DNA of 64,000 nt from Octopus sinensis (Eukaryota), in the NCBI RefSeq assembly GCF_006345805.1, contig NC_043005.1, positions 89,900,001-89,964,000 of the forward strand. Reading direction: 5' to 3'. The notes beneath the pieces are model-generated. The model searched no databases and had not been told where the DNA came from. It saw only the letters and a list, made by a program, of their open reading frames with translations. This document shows, piece by piece, positions 51,540-63,856 of the stretch. The first letter of the stretch is position 1. The number at the start of each line of letters is the position of its first letter. The position numbers and the translations under genes are program-made.

Positions 51540-51830
51540 AGTATGACATTGTTTGAAAAGGAGTTTTCCTCCGTTATTAATTTGAATTAGGCTTTGTAGT
51601 TGTAGTTAACCATCACACTCTTCGATGAGTTGTTTTTCTCAACTGATTGGTTGGATAAATTTCAGAAGCAACATTGTTTGTTGAAGTTGGCAAATGTTCT
51701 TGGCTAGTTGGGAGTGGTTATTTATAGAATAGTTATCTTTAATTGATTCCACATACTTTATAGTCACGTGGTATTTTGATGGATTTATTGTTTGAATTTT
51801 TCTGAATGTTATTAATTACAAGGCATTCAG
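51540..51830 (-). mobile_element. Penelope-like GIY-YIG C-terminal remnant directly upstream of the hammerhead
   Basis: Manual translation: NHSQLAKNICQ...EKQLIEEC...INNGGKLLF; degraded. Confidence 0.55.
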
Positions 51831-51878
51831 AACCATGTGGTTATTAAAAGTAGTCTGTTGTATTTTTAATTTCTTCTT

Positions 51879-51909
<31 letters not shown>

Positions 51910-51929
51910 TCATCATTGTTGTTGTTGTT

Positions 51930-51977
<48 letters not shown>

Positions 51978-51979
51978 AT

Positions 51980-53330
51980 TCAGTAATTTTATTTTTATCA
52001 CATGCTTTCACTTCACTACCGAGCACAGTTCTGTGTGCCTTGGGTATGTGCTGTGATTTGTTGTGATGCTCTTATTGTTACTGTATTAAAAGTGTTTTGC
52101 GTAGGATGTGTGCAGTGCCCAGTAGTGCTATTTTCTGTATGTTATGTATATTTGTAAGTCCAGGGGTTTTTGTTATATATTTGTCTGAATATTTTTTATC
52201 ATACTTAATGCGCCTATTATGATAGGAATTGTTTCTGTTTTTAGACTCCACATTTGAGTTACCTTTATTCCAAGATCTTTGTTTTTTGAAAGTTTCTCCA
52301 TTTCTTGTAGAGAAACGTTGTCATCTGTTGGTATTCATACGTTGATTAGAAAGCATTTTTCTTTTTTGGTGATCTCTACAACTATATCGGGCCTATTGGC
52401 CTTAATTTCTTTATCAGTGTGTATTGGCACATCCCAGAGTATGGTTGCTTTCTCATTTACTGTGACCTTTTCTGGCGTGTGCTTATACATGTTTTTTCTG
52501 TTGTTATTCCATAGTCTTGGCGTAGCGTCCAGTGTATATAGATCCCAACTCTGTCGTATATGTGAATATATTCCTTCTTAACCAGGACTGGGCAGCCAGA
52601 GACAATACGATTTATTGTTTCTTGTCCATCTCCACTTATTCTGCAGTTACTTATGTTTGTTTTCATTATATGTTTTTGGCAATTTCTGGTGGGGTGGCTT
52701 TGGTCTTGTGCTGCAATTAAAAATCCTTCAGTCTCTGCTTTGAGTCCTGAGCTTCTCAACCATTGCTGGGATTTTTCTTTGTCTATTTCTTTTGCGTTTA
52801 GTCTAACCAAGTATTTGCCATGAAAGGGCTTTTCTTGCCATCGTTTTATCATGATCCGTTGATGCTCTAGTTTTAGTTTGGATTTCGCCTCTATCATCTT
52901 CCATAAGTTATATAACCTTTCTATGTCAGATTTTGGGTGGTGCATCTTAAATGCTATCACTATTTTTCTTGTTTTCCTGGCGATTTTGTTTAGTTCATTT
53001 AGTGTCCAGTTAAAGATATTGTAGCTGTAACTTATAACTGAGACAGCTAGCGTGCTGATACCTATAATCTTGTTTTTCGCATTCAGCTCTGTTTTCAGTA
53101 TTAATCTAACTCGTCTGCAGTGTTCTTTTTATTTTTTTTTTTTTCATATTTGTATGTTGTACCGTATCTAGTTCATTGATTCCTAAGTATTTGCATGTCT
53201 GACTTCGTTCTAATTCTCTTATTTCATTTGCTGTATCTAGTGTGATGTTGCTATATTGTATCTTAACCTGTTTTTTTTTATATTACTTCTTGTCATCTTC
53301 CTTTCTGCCAATTCTACGAACAGCATTACC
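51980..53330 (-). mobile_element. R4/Dong-like REL retrotransposon, 5'-truncated, tail running into (AAT/AAC)n
   Basis: MHHPKSDIERLY, WQEKPFHGKY, WLRSSGLKAETEGFLIAAQDQS, CRI...ETINRIVSGCPVL...YIHW; (GTT/ATT)n at 51915-51980. Confidence 0.9.
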
Positions 53331-53422
53331 CTATTATCTTACTAAAATATATGAGTCTATATATAGACGTATACACGTATACATGTGTGTATGTATGTAA
53401 ATACAGATGCATGTATATATAC

Positions 53423-53453
<31 letters not shown>

Positions 53454-54252
53454 TGTATGTATGTATGTATGTATGTATGTATGTATGTATGTATGTACGT
53501 ATGTCTGGATGTATGTATGTATGTTTATACATCATGTGTGTGTGTAAAACTTTAGATATGATCTTGAAAAACATTTAAGTGGTTAATGGAAAGAATTACA
53601 GTTAACCTCATCAAATCTTGAATATTGAATATTCCTCAAAAATATAAAAGTTATTATTTTCGCTTTGGTTGACAAAGAGGACATTGTGATTAACAGCTTC
53701 AATAATACAAACATTGAAATGTTATATGAAAGAAGCATTCAGAACTTGTTGCTTGTGAATTCATACAATTTCATGGCGTCTGCGTTTTATAAAAAGGGGA
53801 GTTGCAATATTTAACTTCTTTTCATTCGTTGCTCAATATAATTTTGCTTGAGACTTTGCAACCGTCATAGATAAGCATTTCCCATAACCATAAATATCCT
53901 TTATCCTTTATCTTTTACTGGTTTCAGTCATTAGACTGTGGCCATGCTGGGGCATTGCTTAAAGAATTCTATTTGAACGATCGACCTCAATAGTTATTGT
54001 TTTTCTATAAAGCCTGGTATTTAATCTATTGCTCACTTGTACTGAACTCTTAAGTTACGGGGCTATAAACACACCAAACTCGGTTGTCAAGCAGTGGTGG
54101 GAAACGAACACACACACACACACGCACACACACACACAAACACGTAAGCATACATATATATATACATACATGTATATATACACACATATAAATACATACA
54201 TATAAATGCACATATATATACTTATATACATATACATTAATGTATGTATATA

Positions 54253-55348
54253 TTAGCAGTATCGCCCGGCGTTGCTCGGGTTTGTAAGGGAAATAACTAT
54301 ATAAGCATTTTTAGTGAGTTATAGCAAAAAAATAGCAAAACATGCATTAAAAATGGAATAAAAAATGATGGTATTTTTTTTTTAAATCGTTGACTCATCG
54401 TAGACATTTTTAGAGAGTTACTTCCCTTATATAATAGCGAAAAATGCATTAAAATGGAATAAAAAATTATGGTAATTTTTTTTTAATCGTTGACTCACCG
54501 TAGACATTTTTAGAGAGTTACTTCCCTTATATAATAGCGAAACATGCATTAAAAATGAAATAAAAAATGATGGTAATTTTTTTTTAATCTCTGACTCATC
54601 GTAGACATTTTTAGAGAGTTACTTCTCTTATATAATAGCGAAAAAATGCATTAAAATGGAAAAAATGATGGTAAATTTTTTTTAAATCGTAGACTCATCG
54701 TAGACGCGCGCTAATACCCAGAAGGGCTCGATATGAATCACGACTATAAGATACCCGGTTTTGGTTACACTGCACCGCAAAATGTGGGAGTAGTTAGGAA
54801 TCTAAATCGTAGGAGACAGACACACAACCTTACTTTTATATATAAAGATTTGTGCAACAACTAAAACATTCGGTTGTGCAAATTGTTTGCACAGGAAACC
54901 TGCCCTGTGTGGCGGTAATTGCCGTTTTTGTGGATCTGTTTCAACTTTTTTAGCGATTTCTGTTTTGGCGACTTCAAGCCATGAAGTCGTTGTTCTAAAA
55001 GAACGCTGGTCTCCTTGACAACGCATTACGACGTTGATTTCCTTACACTCCCTTCCCCACAGCTTCACGAGGGAGGGAAGAAGGGGGAGAAGCAACACAG
55101 GTGCAGATGTGAGCGTGGACGCCAACTCCGCCGCCATCGACACACGAAAAAATATGCATTAAAATGGAATAAAAAATTATGTTAAATTATTTTTAAAATC
55201 GTAGACTCATCGTAGACGCGTGCTAATACCCAGACGGGCTCGATATGAATCACGACTATAAGATACCCGAATTTGGTTAAACTGCACCGCAAAATGTGGG
55301 AGTTGTTAGGAATCTAAATCGAAGGGGACAGACACTCACACAACTACA

Positions 55349-55375
<27 letters not shown>
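54253..55375 (-). mobile_element. non-autonomous Helitron with internal 100-bp tandem repeat and duplicated 5' segment
   Basis: Minus-strand 3' end is CCCGAGCAACGCCGGG...CTAA|T at 54252-54256. The 5' A|TCTTTATATATAAAAG is at 54848. The segment 54640-54848 is repeated at about 55145-55355. Repeat units end at 54440, 54540 and 54641. Confidence 0.85.
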
Positions 55376-55391
<16 letters not shown>

Positions 55392-56867
55392 AAATATATG
55401 CATATATGTATAAATATATGCATATATACTGTTGTATATGGGAGAGCCATTTTCTTTTTGTGCCTTATAATGTAACACACTCACCGATAAAATTTCCACG
55501 TTTTTCTTATTTTTATTTTCCTAAAATTTTCGATGGGTCTTGCAACCTTTTCAATAGTCTTGACTCTGTTCGTTGTTTACACTGCGTTCCCTTTTGTTTG
55601 TTTGTGCGCATGTGTGTGGGTCTGTGTGTGTGTGCTTATACTATACATGCATGCATGTACGTATGTATGTGTGTGTTTGCCTGTGTATGTATGTGTATAT
55701 GTGTGTGTATGCACCTATCCGTACATAGGTTACTAGAACAGACATATATGGAGACACGGATCCACACATATAAAGATGCACATCCATACATACAAACGTG
55801 GTACATAGTTGCATAACACACACACACACACACAGACATGCACACACAAGGAGACAGAGGTGCATACGCATACAAACACATGCTCACACACACATATATA
55901 GAAAATACACAAACACGGACATGCAAGCACATAAATATGCAGGATACGTACATACAGATGCACACACATATATACATATATACATATGCATACACACATA
56001 TATATACATATATACACATGCAAACACACACATACATACGTACATGCATGCATGTATAGCTGACATTGGTAACATTAGTCCCAAACAGTAGGTGAATACT
56101 TCAAGGACTTACCTTACCAAGAATGATTTACAACCCATCAAATCAAGTTCCATGATGCCAGAGAAAGGGAAGATGGTTGAAAAATTCCATTTCTTACTGT
56201 TTCGAACCACCAATCCCTTTATTACTAATTAACTATCAGGAGAACTCTTTGACACAGCTCTGAAAGCTCTGCCATCCTTCAAAATCCCATCAATTACCAA
56301 GGTCAACAATTCATGCCTGAACAAGAGAAATCATAGAATAAGGGACAGTTGGGACCTGAAGGTGTCATCAATTGGCATCAAAGTGGAAATGGAAGGTTGC
56401 AGGGTTATGCCTAATACCAAAGGAGTTGAGGAGAACCATGGCAATTGGCAGAATGGGTTTAGGATAATTCCTACAAGATCCAAGGTTAACAAGGTCGAAG
56501 ACAAAGATAGACACCATCTTATCCAGGGAGATATCTGGGTATAGACACCATCTTATCCAGAGAGATATCTGGGTATATGGAGGGTTAACGAGTGAAGAAA
56601 ATGGAATAAGTTCTGGGGTTTTATTGATAGAGTTTTCTACAAAAGTACATCTCTATGATGCAATGTATGTTGGGACTGGATATTGATTGTTGTTCCAAGA
56701 CATTGTCGCCATAGCGTGAAGTGTTCTGGCAATGGTTATTGATAGTCTTTCCAATATAACTCCTGGGTCAGGAAAGATTCTGAGACTAATTCTTGAAAAC
56801 AATCTTTACAACAAAGTCCCTCCACACAAAATATTCTGGGTTAACCCTCAGCAGTGGCATAAGTGCG

Positions 56868-57025
56868 AGAAGAAGAAGAAGAAGAAGAAGAAGAAGAAGA
56901 AGAAGAAGAGAAGAAGAAGAAGAAGAAGAAGAAGAAGAAGAAGAAGAAGAAGAAGAAGAAGAAGAAGAAGAAGAAGAAGAAGAAGAAGAAGAAGAAGAAG
57001 AAGAAGAAGAAGAAGAAGAAGAAGG
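56868..57025. repeat. (GAA)n microsatellite
   Basis: Directly visible; about 52 units. Confidence 0.95.
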
Positions 57026-57588
57026 AGAGACACCACGACAATATAGCAAGGATTGTCCATTGGACACTTTGCAACAAGTATGGACTTGACAGAGCAAAAA
57101 ATTGGTACGACCACAAACCTGAAGGCATGGTCGAAAATAGAAATGCAAAGATCCTATGGGATTTTATGAGTCAGTGCGACCATGAGATAGAGAATAGGAA
57201 ACCGGACATAGTCTTAATTGAGAAAGAAAACAAACTATGCTGGATCATAGATATAGCATGCTCAGCTGACAACAAGGTATGCGATAAGGAAGAAAGAAAA
57301 GTCGAGAGATATGACAGGTTAGCTTGGGAAGTTAAGCAGCTGTGGTCGATGAAAAAGATGGTAGTAGTACCAATAATTGTCGAAGCCCGGGGAACAGTGA
57401 GCAAAAATCTTGAAAAGTACGTGGAAGAAATAGGAGCTGCAATAAGGGTGGAGCACTTGCAGAAAACCACTGCTTGGAAACCGCCTGAATACTCCGGAAG
57501 GTGCTCGAAAAATAAGAGGTGTTACCTTAGTTCCCTGGTAGTGAACAGCTGACATCGTTGTACATCTCCAGCGTTAGAAGCTCTGCAG
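57026..57588 (+). mobile_element. R4/Dong-like REL retrotransposon 3' fragment
   Basis: RHHDNIARIVHWTLC...WYDHKPE...KILWDF..QCDHEIENRKPDIVLIEK...IIDIAC...KEERKVERY..LAWEVKQLW...VVPIIV. Confidence 0.9.
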
Positions 57589-57872
57589 AGACATGGGTGG
57601 TTCTTTCAACATCCTTAAACAACCCTTATTCAGAGACCTTTTGAGCAGGATGGGCTACTCGACCAGAAGAATATTCTAACTGGGCCCCACCTGCAAGGTC
57701 ATGTGCTGTTTAACTTGATATGAGATCACCATGTCGCGCACATATGGTTGTGATGCATGTGCCTGGTGTACCCTTATCAGACGGGTAGTCATGATGGGTA
57801 TACTGGGCTTCGTATATTTTACTCCAGTGTCACTTTGATGGCAGGCACTGCTCTCTCACTCACTCAATAATG

Positions 57873-58013
<141 letters not shown>

Positions 58014-58428
58014 GCTGCTGCTGCTACTACTACTACTACTACTACAATTATATTTGTACATCAGTCATATTGGATTAATCTCATCACAGAAAATAACGTT
58101 TCAAATCAGTCCAAAAATGTTTCTACGCTTATTTTTTGGTGGTGAAAATTTTTAGAAGGTTGCTTAAAGCGTTTTCATTGCCCCTGCACCACCAAATTTT
58201 AGTGGCTGTACTCGCACTGTTCCCGAGCCAAAGAGCAGTGGCCCATCTGACAGCAGCTTCTTCCCTATTATACATTCAATTCTGGGAGTGTCACATGACC
58301 GTTGTTCCTACAACAATGTCCTTTGAATACACACTGACTATGAAAGGGGTCTCCAAGAAACACTGTTTCTACAATTCCAAAATTATAAAATGTATGCATT
58401 AAATAATTTTTCATATTTCTAATTGCAG

Positions 58429-58532
58429 CTGAATCTCGTTTGCGATGATGCGATTCTGGCAAGGCACACCATTACCTTTTTCTTCATGGGCTACCTTTTC
58501 GCCATGGTTATCTGTGGAATTTTATCAGACAG
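58429..58532 (+). CDS. SLC22: SLC22-like gene 2 exon 3
   Basis: attgcag|CTG...AG|gtaagt, 104 bp. Reads LNLVCDDAILARHTITFFFMGYLFAMVICGILSD-R. Confidence 0.95.
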
Positions 58533-59295
58533 GTAAGTTTTGTGTGTCACACCTGCATTCTGGTATGTTCAGTGTTTGCACTATATTTTTGCGTATTTCA
58601 TAAATATGCATGTGTGTTTATGTATGAGTGTATATATGAATGTGTCTGGGTGGAGCATGTATATGTATATATGGTTGTGGATGTTAACTCGTGACCGAGT
58701 ATGATCACTTCATAAATTCAAAACGTCCTTGCAAACGTTCTGAGAGTCCAAGAAGTTCCTGTGCATGGATTTGGTTTGTGAAGAACCACTTTTCTGAGCA
58801 AACTGCCATAAAACCAGAGGCACAACAGAGACTGAGATGACCAGAAGCCAACTGCATTTCAATGTTTTTTCATACAAGTTTACCTTTGCCTAAGAGGAAG
58901 TTCTGACAAGAGACAGGGGTCGCTCATTCCCAGTGATTTACATGCTAAATAAACCATATCTGGGACCCTAACAGGTGCTTCTATTGCAGGTCAGATCTGG
59001 GACCAATAGTATCAATACATACATAAATATGTACATACATACATATATATTGATTGGTACACACATGCACACACACCAGCATTTTTTCCTTTATGTCTTC
59101 CAGTCATTTGACTGCGGCCATGCTGGAGCACCACCTTTAGTCGAACAAATCGACGTCAGGACATATTCTTTGTAAGCCTAGTACTTATTCTATCAGGCTC
59201 TTTTGCCGAACTGCTAAGTTATGGGGACGTAAACATACCAACATCGGTGGCAAGCGATGGAGGTGGAAACAAACAGACACACAAATACATACATA

Positions 59296-59339
<44 letters not shown>

Positions 59340-59508
59340 AATTGAGGTAGCGGTTGTAAATGCAACCCTCCATGGGATAACATATATCCAATATACTGCT
59401 AGTGAAGTACCCAACAAAGTTAATACATAAATGTTAAGGACTGCGATGCAATCAATTCATTTACTGTATTATATGGGCGAAGGTAAAATGATTTACCACA
59501 AATTACTA

Positions 59509-60461
59509 ATACAAGATAAAAAAATGGAGAAATACATCTAAATCAAATATCAATTACCAGATAATACTCAATCACATACTTTATTAAACCACCACATAAG
59601 AGACTGTAGGGTTAAACATAAAAAAAGCAGAACAAATCAGTGTACATAAATGAATGTACATAAAAAAGTGTACATAAAAGAGTAATATTGTACAATAAGT
59701 AGAATATGTATAAAAAAGAGAATATACATATAAGTAAATATAAATATAAGTATAGATTACATCTTACAGCTGTTTCGGCCATGTAGATAAGTATGTCTCA
59801 TTTTACCAATATTGGCCTTTTATGGTAGGTCAATATATAGATATAAATGAGACATTTACAAAAATATCATAAGGCCTCCTCGGAGATATACATATACATA
59901 TGAGTGCATATACTCACACTCCTATACATATAAAAATATACATATACATAATAATGTAAATAAATAATATAAATTAGTAAACATATATACGTTCCATATT
60001 CAATGTCTCAGTTCTTCAATTTAATATTGTGGTAATAAACATACACATATTAGTACCTAGATGCAAATATACACAGTCAATAGTACATTATATTACTTCC
60101 TACTAATTTCCAAATTGTAAATGTCTCATTTATATCTATATATTGACCTACCATAAAAGGCCAATATTGGTAAAATGAGACATACTTATCTACATGGCCG
60201 AAACAGCTGTAAGATGTAATCTATACTTATATTTATATTTACTTATATGTATATTCTCTTTTTGATATATATTCTACTTATTGTACAACATTACTCTTTT
60301 ATGTACACTTTTTATGTACATTCATTTATGTACACTGATTTGTTCTGCTTTTTTTATGTTTAACCCTACAGTCTCTTATGTGGTGGTTTAATAAAGTATG
60401 TGATTGAGTATTATCTGGTAATTGATATTTGATTTAGATGTATTTCTCCATTTTCTTATCT

Positions 60462-60466
<5 letters not shown>
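59509..60466. repeat. 352-bp inverted repeat (arms 59509-59861 and 60115-60466)
   Basis: Arms compared by eye: about 4 substitutions and 1 indel; 253-bp spacer. Confidence 0.95.
59758..59890 (-). ncRNA. type I hammerhead ribozyme, U4-to-C core variant, about 95-nt loop 2
   Basis: Minus strand: TATATCT-CCGAGGA-GGCC...GGCC-GAAA-CAGCTG-TA-AGATGTA; 7-bp stem I. Confidence 0.75.
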
Positions 60467-60524
<58 letters not shown>

Positions 60525-60799
60525 GAGTTCCCGTCTACCAAATCCACCCACAAGGCTTTTGGTCGGCCCGACGCTATAGTAGAAAACCTTACCCAAGGCG
60601 CTGTGCAATGGGACTGAACCTGGAACCATGTGGTTGGGAAGCAAGCTTCTTTATTTCATCAGATTTGCCATATACAAAGATAGAAGCAAGTGCGGGCTGG
60701 ACAATAACACAGATGAGATGAAATGATGAACGACATAACGATATTAGTGAGAGAAGCAAATCGACGCCCGCCAATCGAAGCCCCTCGAGAACACTGTTC

Positions 60800-62420
60800 T
60801 TTTTTTATTTTTATTTCTTTCGTTTTTTAATAAAAACAAAAAAATAACAACACAAATGAGGTAATTGAACCTCTAACATTAACATCAATTGAGGCGCTAA
60901 GCCTCTTATCAATCTATATTGTTCTTGAGGCAACAAACCTCTACACTGTTCACAATGTTCAATAAAAAATTCAATAACAAAATGAGGCACTGAGCCTCTT
61001 ACCTTTCTTTCCAAACTCAGAACTTTCAATAACACTGAGGCTTTTCAACCTCAACATCGCTTGTGCCCGCATACTCCGCCATCGCCCACGCCTCATTCAA
61101 GATCAAAGAGGGTGCCGTGTGGGCGTCGCCTGGCCACAAGTGATATTCTTCATTGAGTCCCTTCAGCCTACGCATCACAGGCAACCTTATGACCTCCACA
61201 GCTATCTGCGGAGGCCATTCGGGATCCTGTGTACAGGCTAAAGGTACTCTCTTATGGTATTTTTCCACCACCTTTTCTACCTCTCCGCCTCTATAGAAGA
61301 AGACCAATAATTCGTCTTCCTCCGGAGGCGGGATATCCAATTCTACCGTTGGCAGCACAATTCCCTGCCAGCAGTGTCTTTTCCCCTGCCGGTGGTACAA
61401 CCCCTACCGACGAGGTTCCGGGACATTCCGGTACTATGTCACCGTCTGTCGGCAATGTCCCGTTTCTCTTCTTCTTCCTCTTTTTTTTTCTTTTCAACTG
61501 AAGGAGGGTGCGTCTCCTCCGTGACCGGGAGATTCGCCTCCCTTTCCACATCCCTAGGAGCCTTCGGTGAGCGCCCATTGTAGCTCACCTTCTTCCTCTT
61601 GCGGCCCATCTTTGAGGAGTCCTTCGCCTCCTCGGCCGACTTCATTCCCTCTTCTACAGAGATCTCAACCAACTGCTCCAGGACCCTATTTTGTTCCTGG
61701 GGACAGTTTTTCTTTATATGGCCAGGCTCCAGGCACCGATAACACCTGGTGGGGAGCGACCCTCAAGAATCACCGGGTACCTGCACCCGGCTATTTTCAA
61801 AAAGTCTGGGAAAACCAGATTGGCTGATTGGGTCCAAAGGGTCAAAACAGCTTTTGACTCAACCCAATCAGCCGCAGGAAAAACTTTCACACCCCTGGAG
61901 ATGAATTTAATAGTTGGTAAATATTCTGCCAACTCTTTCTCGATTTCACTCTTTTGAAAGAGGGCGATGGCGTCGAACAACTTGGAGTACGTTCGCAGCA
62001 CCACCATCCTCTCTTCAAAGTCTTTCATCCACTGTTTGGGCGGGACAATTTCCCACTCCAGCACTGTGTTATTTATCTTCTTTGCAGTGTTTCTTTTTTG
62101 AAAAAAAGTCTACAAAAAACAAAGTTAAAAAAAAATACAGGAAGGAAGGAAGAAGACGAGAAACAGTTAAAAAAACACAGCAAATTCTTCTAGCTGCCCT
62201 GGTACTCCTGGCCAACTTGGTAATCCTCCTGGCAAGGGCACAAAACAGTCACAAAAAAATAACACAATTCTCGGAGGGATAAGCCCCCAAAACACACTTC
62301 TCACCGCTAAGTGAGACTCCAGACACAACAACAGGCAGACAAATGCGTGGGACTCATTGAAGATTTCTTGCTTGACAAAAATAAATAAGCATGAGCAACA
62401 AAGCCCCACTGGATCCCCCC
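60800..62420 (-). mobile_element. ORF1/Gag-like (CCHC) retroelement-derived unit without ORF2
   Basis: Three consecutive minus-strand frames (62109 to 61026), zinc knuckle CYRCLEPGHIKKNC at 61703-61744, K/E-rich linker, 3' UTR with hairpins and an A-rich tail at about 60800-60835. No EN/RT motif adjacent. Confidence 0.7.
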
Positions 62421-63214
62421 CCCCAAAAAAAAATGTCTTACCTAGTAGTTGTGCTTCAATAACTCACGACGTTGGTATACAAAGACTCCAACAGCGAAGA
62501 AGGACGCGTCCACACAGTAGGTAGATGGTAAATTCTGGCTGAGAAATACATAAACGTTTATAAATTTCTACATACCATAAGATTGGTACAAGGCTTGAGA
62601 AAAAAGTACTGGGATCGTTTCATTTGACTAGACATTCCTCAAGGCAGTGCCCCAGCATGGCCACAATCGAAAGACTGAAACAAGTAAAAGACACATTAAT
62701 AAAGAGTACAACCGTTTCTTCACAAATTAAAGCAAATAAAGAAAGCTAGGTAATCAGATTAGCGGAACATCAACTGTAGAACTTTAAATATACACAATAA
62801 AGTCCACTCTTTACATATACAATGTACTTAAGGCCAGAATTGGACGAAATTACATGGATTTGGGCCATAGAAGTAAATATCAAAGTGAAGATATATTGTG
62901 TTGCTATTATTATAGAAAAAAATGTTCATCGCATTTGGATATCCTCATATCAATTAAGTTCAGGAATTTCCCATCCTTAATTTAAGCAAAATAACAAGAA
63001 GAAATAACAAGTGGTGAAGTAAAACTAATACAAAAAATATATGAAAATATAAGCAAATAATATAAAAGAACTCTTCACCAAAGTAATTACACAAAAGGGA
63101 AAATGGGGGACAAAAGATCTGATGATTTAAAGATTCTATGGAATTCATGGATAACTTCTTTCATAAGTAATTTCCTGGATTGTTACATGATGTCCTTAAA
63201 TAACTATTCACCGA

Positions 63215-63587
63215 ATCTTCTCAGTCACCTCGTTTCCGCTTGTGGATCACCTGCCTGAACATGATTCACCCACCACTCAGTAGAAGCCATGTTTGGAGCA
63301 GTTATACCACTCCTTAATCTGAATTTTGTCCATGGTATCATATCGCCAATGGTTTGTTGAATTCTCTGGATGGTTTGAGCTTGAGTACCACCAAGCTTTT
63401 GGCCAAACATGAAAATCCAAATGAGAACTGCATATCTGTACTTTAGGCATAACAGCCGAGAACTGATGCAACATACAGGCGCAGGAAGGGCAGTGTCACC
63501 CACCCCCTTCCAAAGGATTTTGCCCACGTGACATTAGATTTGGAGGAGAAAACATTAAATTCGGATACCTTTTGAGCACACCTCGTG
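63215..63587 (-). mobile_element. mariner 5' fragment with left TIR
   Basis: TIR CACGAGGTGTGCTCAAAAGGTATCCGAA on minus; broken HTH region (KLGGTQAQTIQRIQQ, IKEWY). Confidence 0.75.
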
Positions 63588-63614
63588 TGTGTGCGTGTGT
63601 GTGCATGTGTGTGT

Positions 63615-63660
<46 letters not shown>

Positions 63661-63701
63661 AATCAAATGAAATTTAAGTTTGTCTCTTCAATTTTTTTCA
63701 G

Positions 63702-63856
63702 ATTTGGTCGCAAGAAAGTGATAATTGTGTGTTTATTCTTGCAAGGGTCAACCGGAGTAGCAATGGCCTTCATCTCCAATATTTATGCCATATATGTGTT
63801 ACGTTTTCTCACCGCTGTTGGTGGTTCTGGATCCTACGTTCCCTCAGTTGTCTTTG
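63702..63856 (+). CDS. SLC22: SLC22-like gene 2 exon 4 (gene continues beyond window)
   Basis: ttttcag|A...G|gtaagc, 155 bp. Reads R-FGRKKVIIVCLFLQGSTGVAMAFISNIYAIYVLRFLTAVGGSGSYVPSVVF (MFS motif A, DRFGRK). Confidence 0.95.

Noticed and set aside
54331-54710. Regularly spaced 100-bp repeats
   Set aside because: Contiguous tandem units inside a Helitron with no unique spacers; not a CRISPR array.
56863-57552. 229-aa ORF with poly-E/poly-K N terminus
   Set aside because: A (GAA)n tract happens to be in frame with a REL retrotransposon fragment; no evidence of a real fusion protein.
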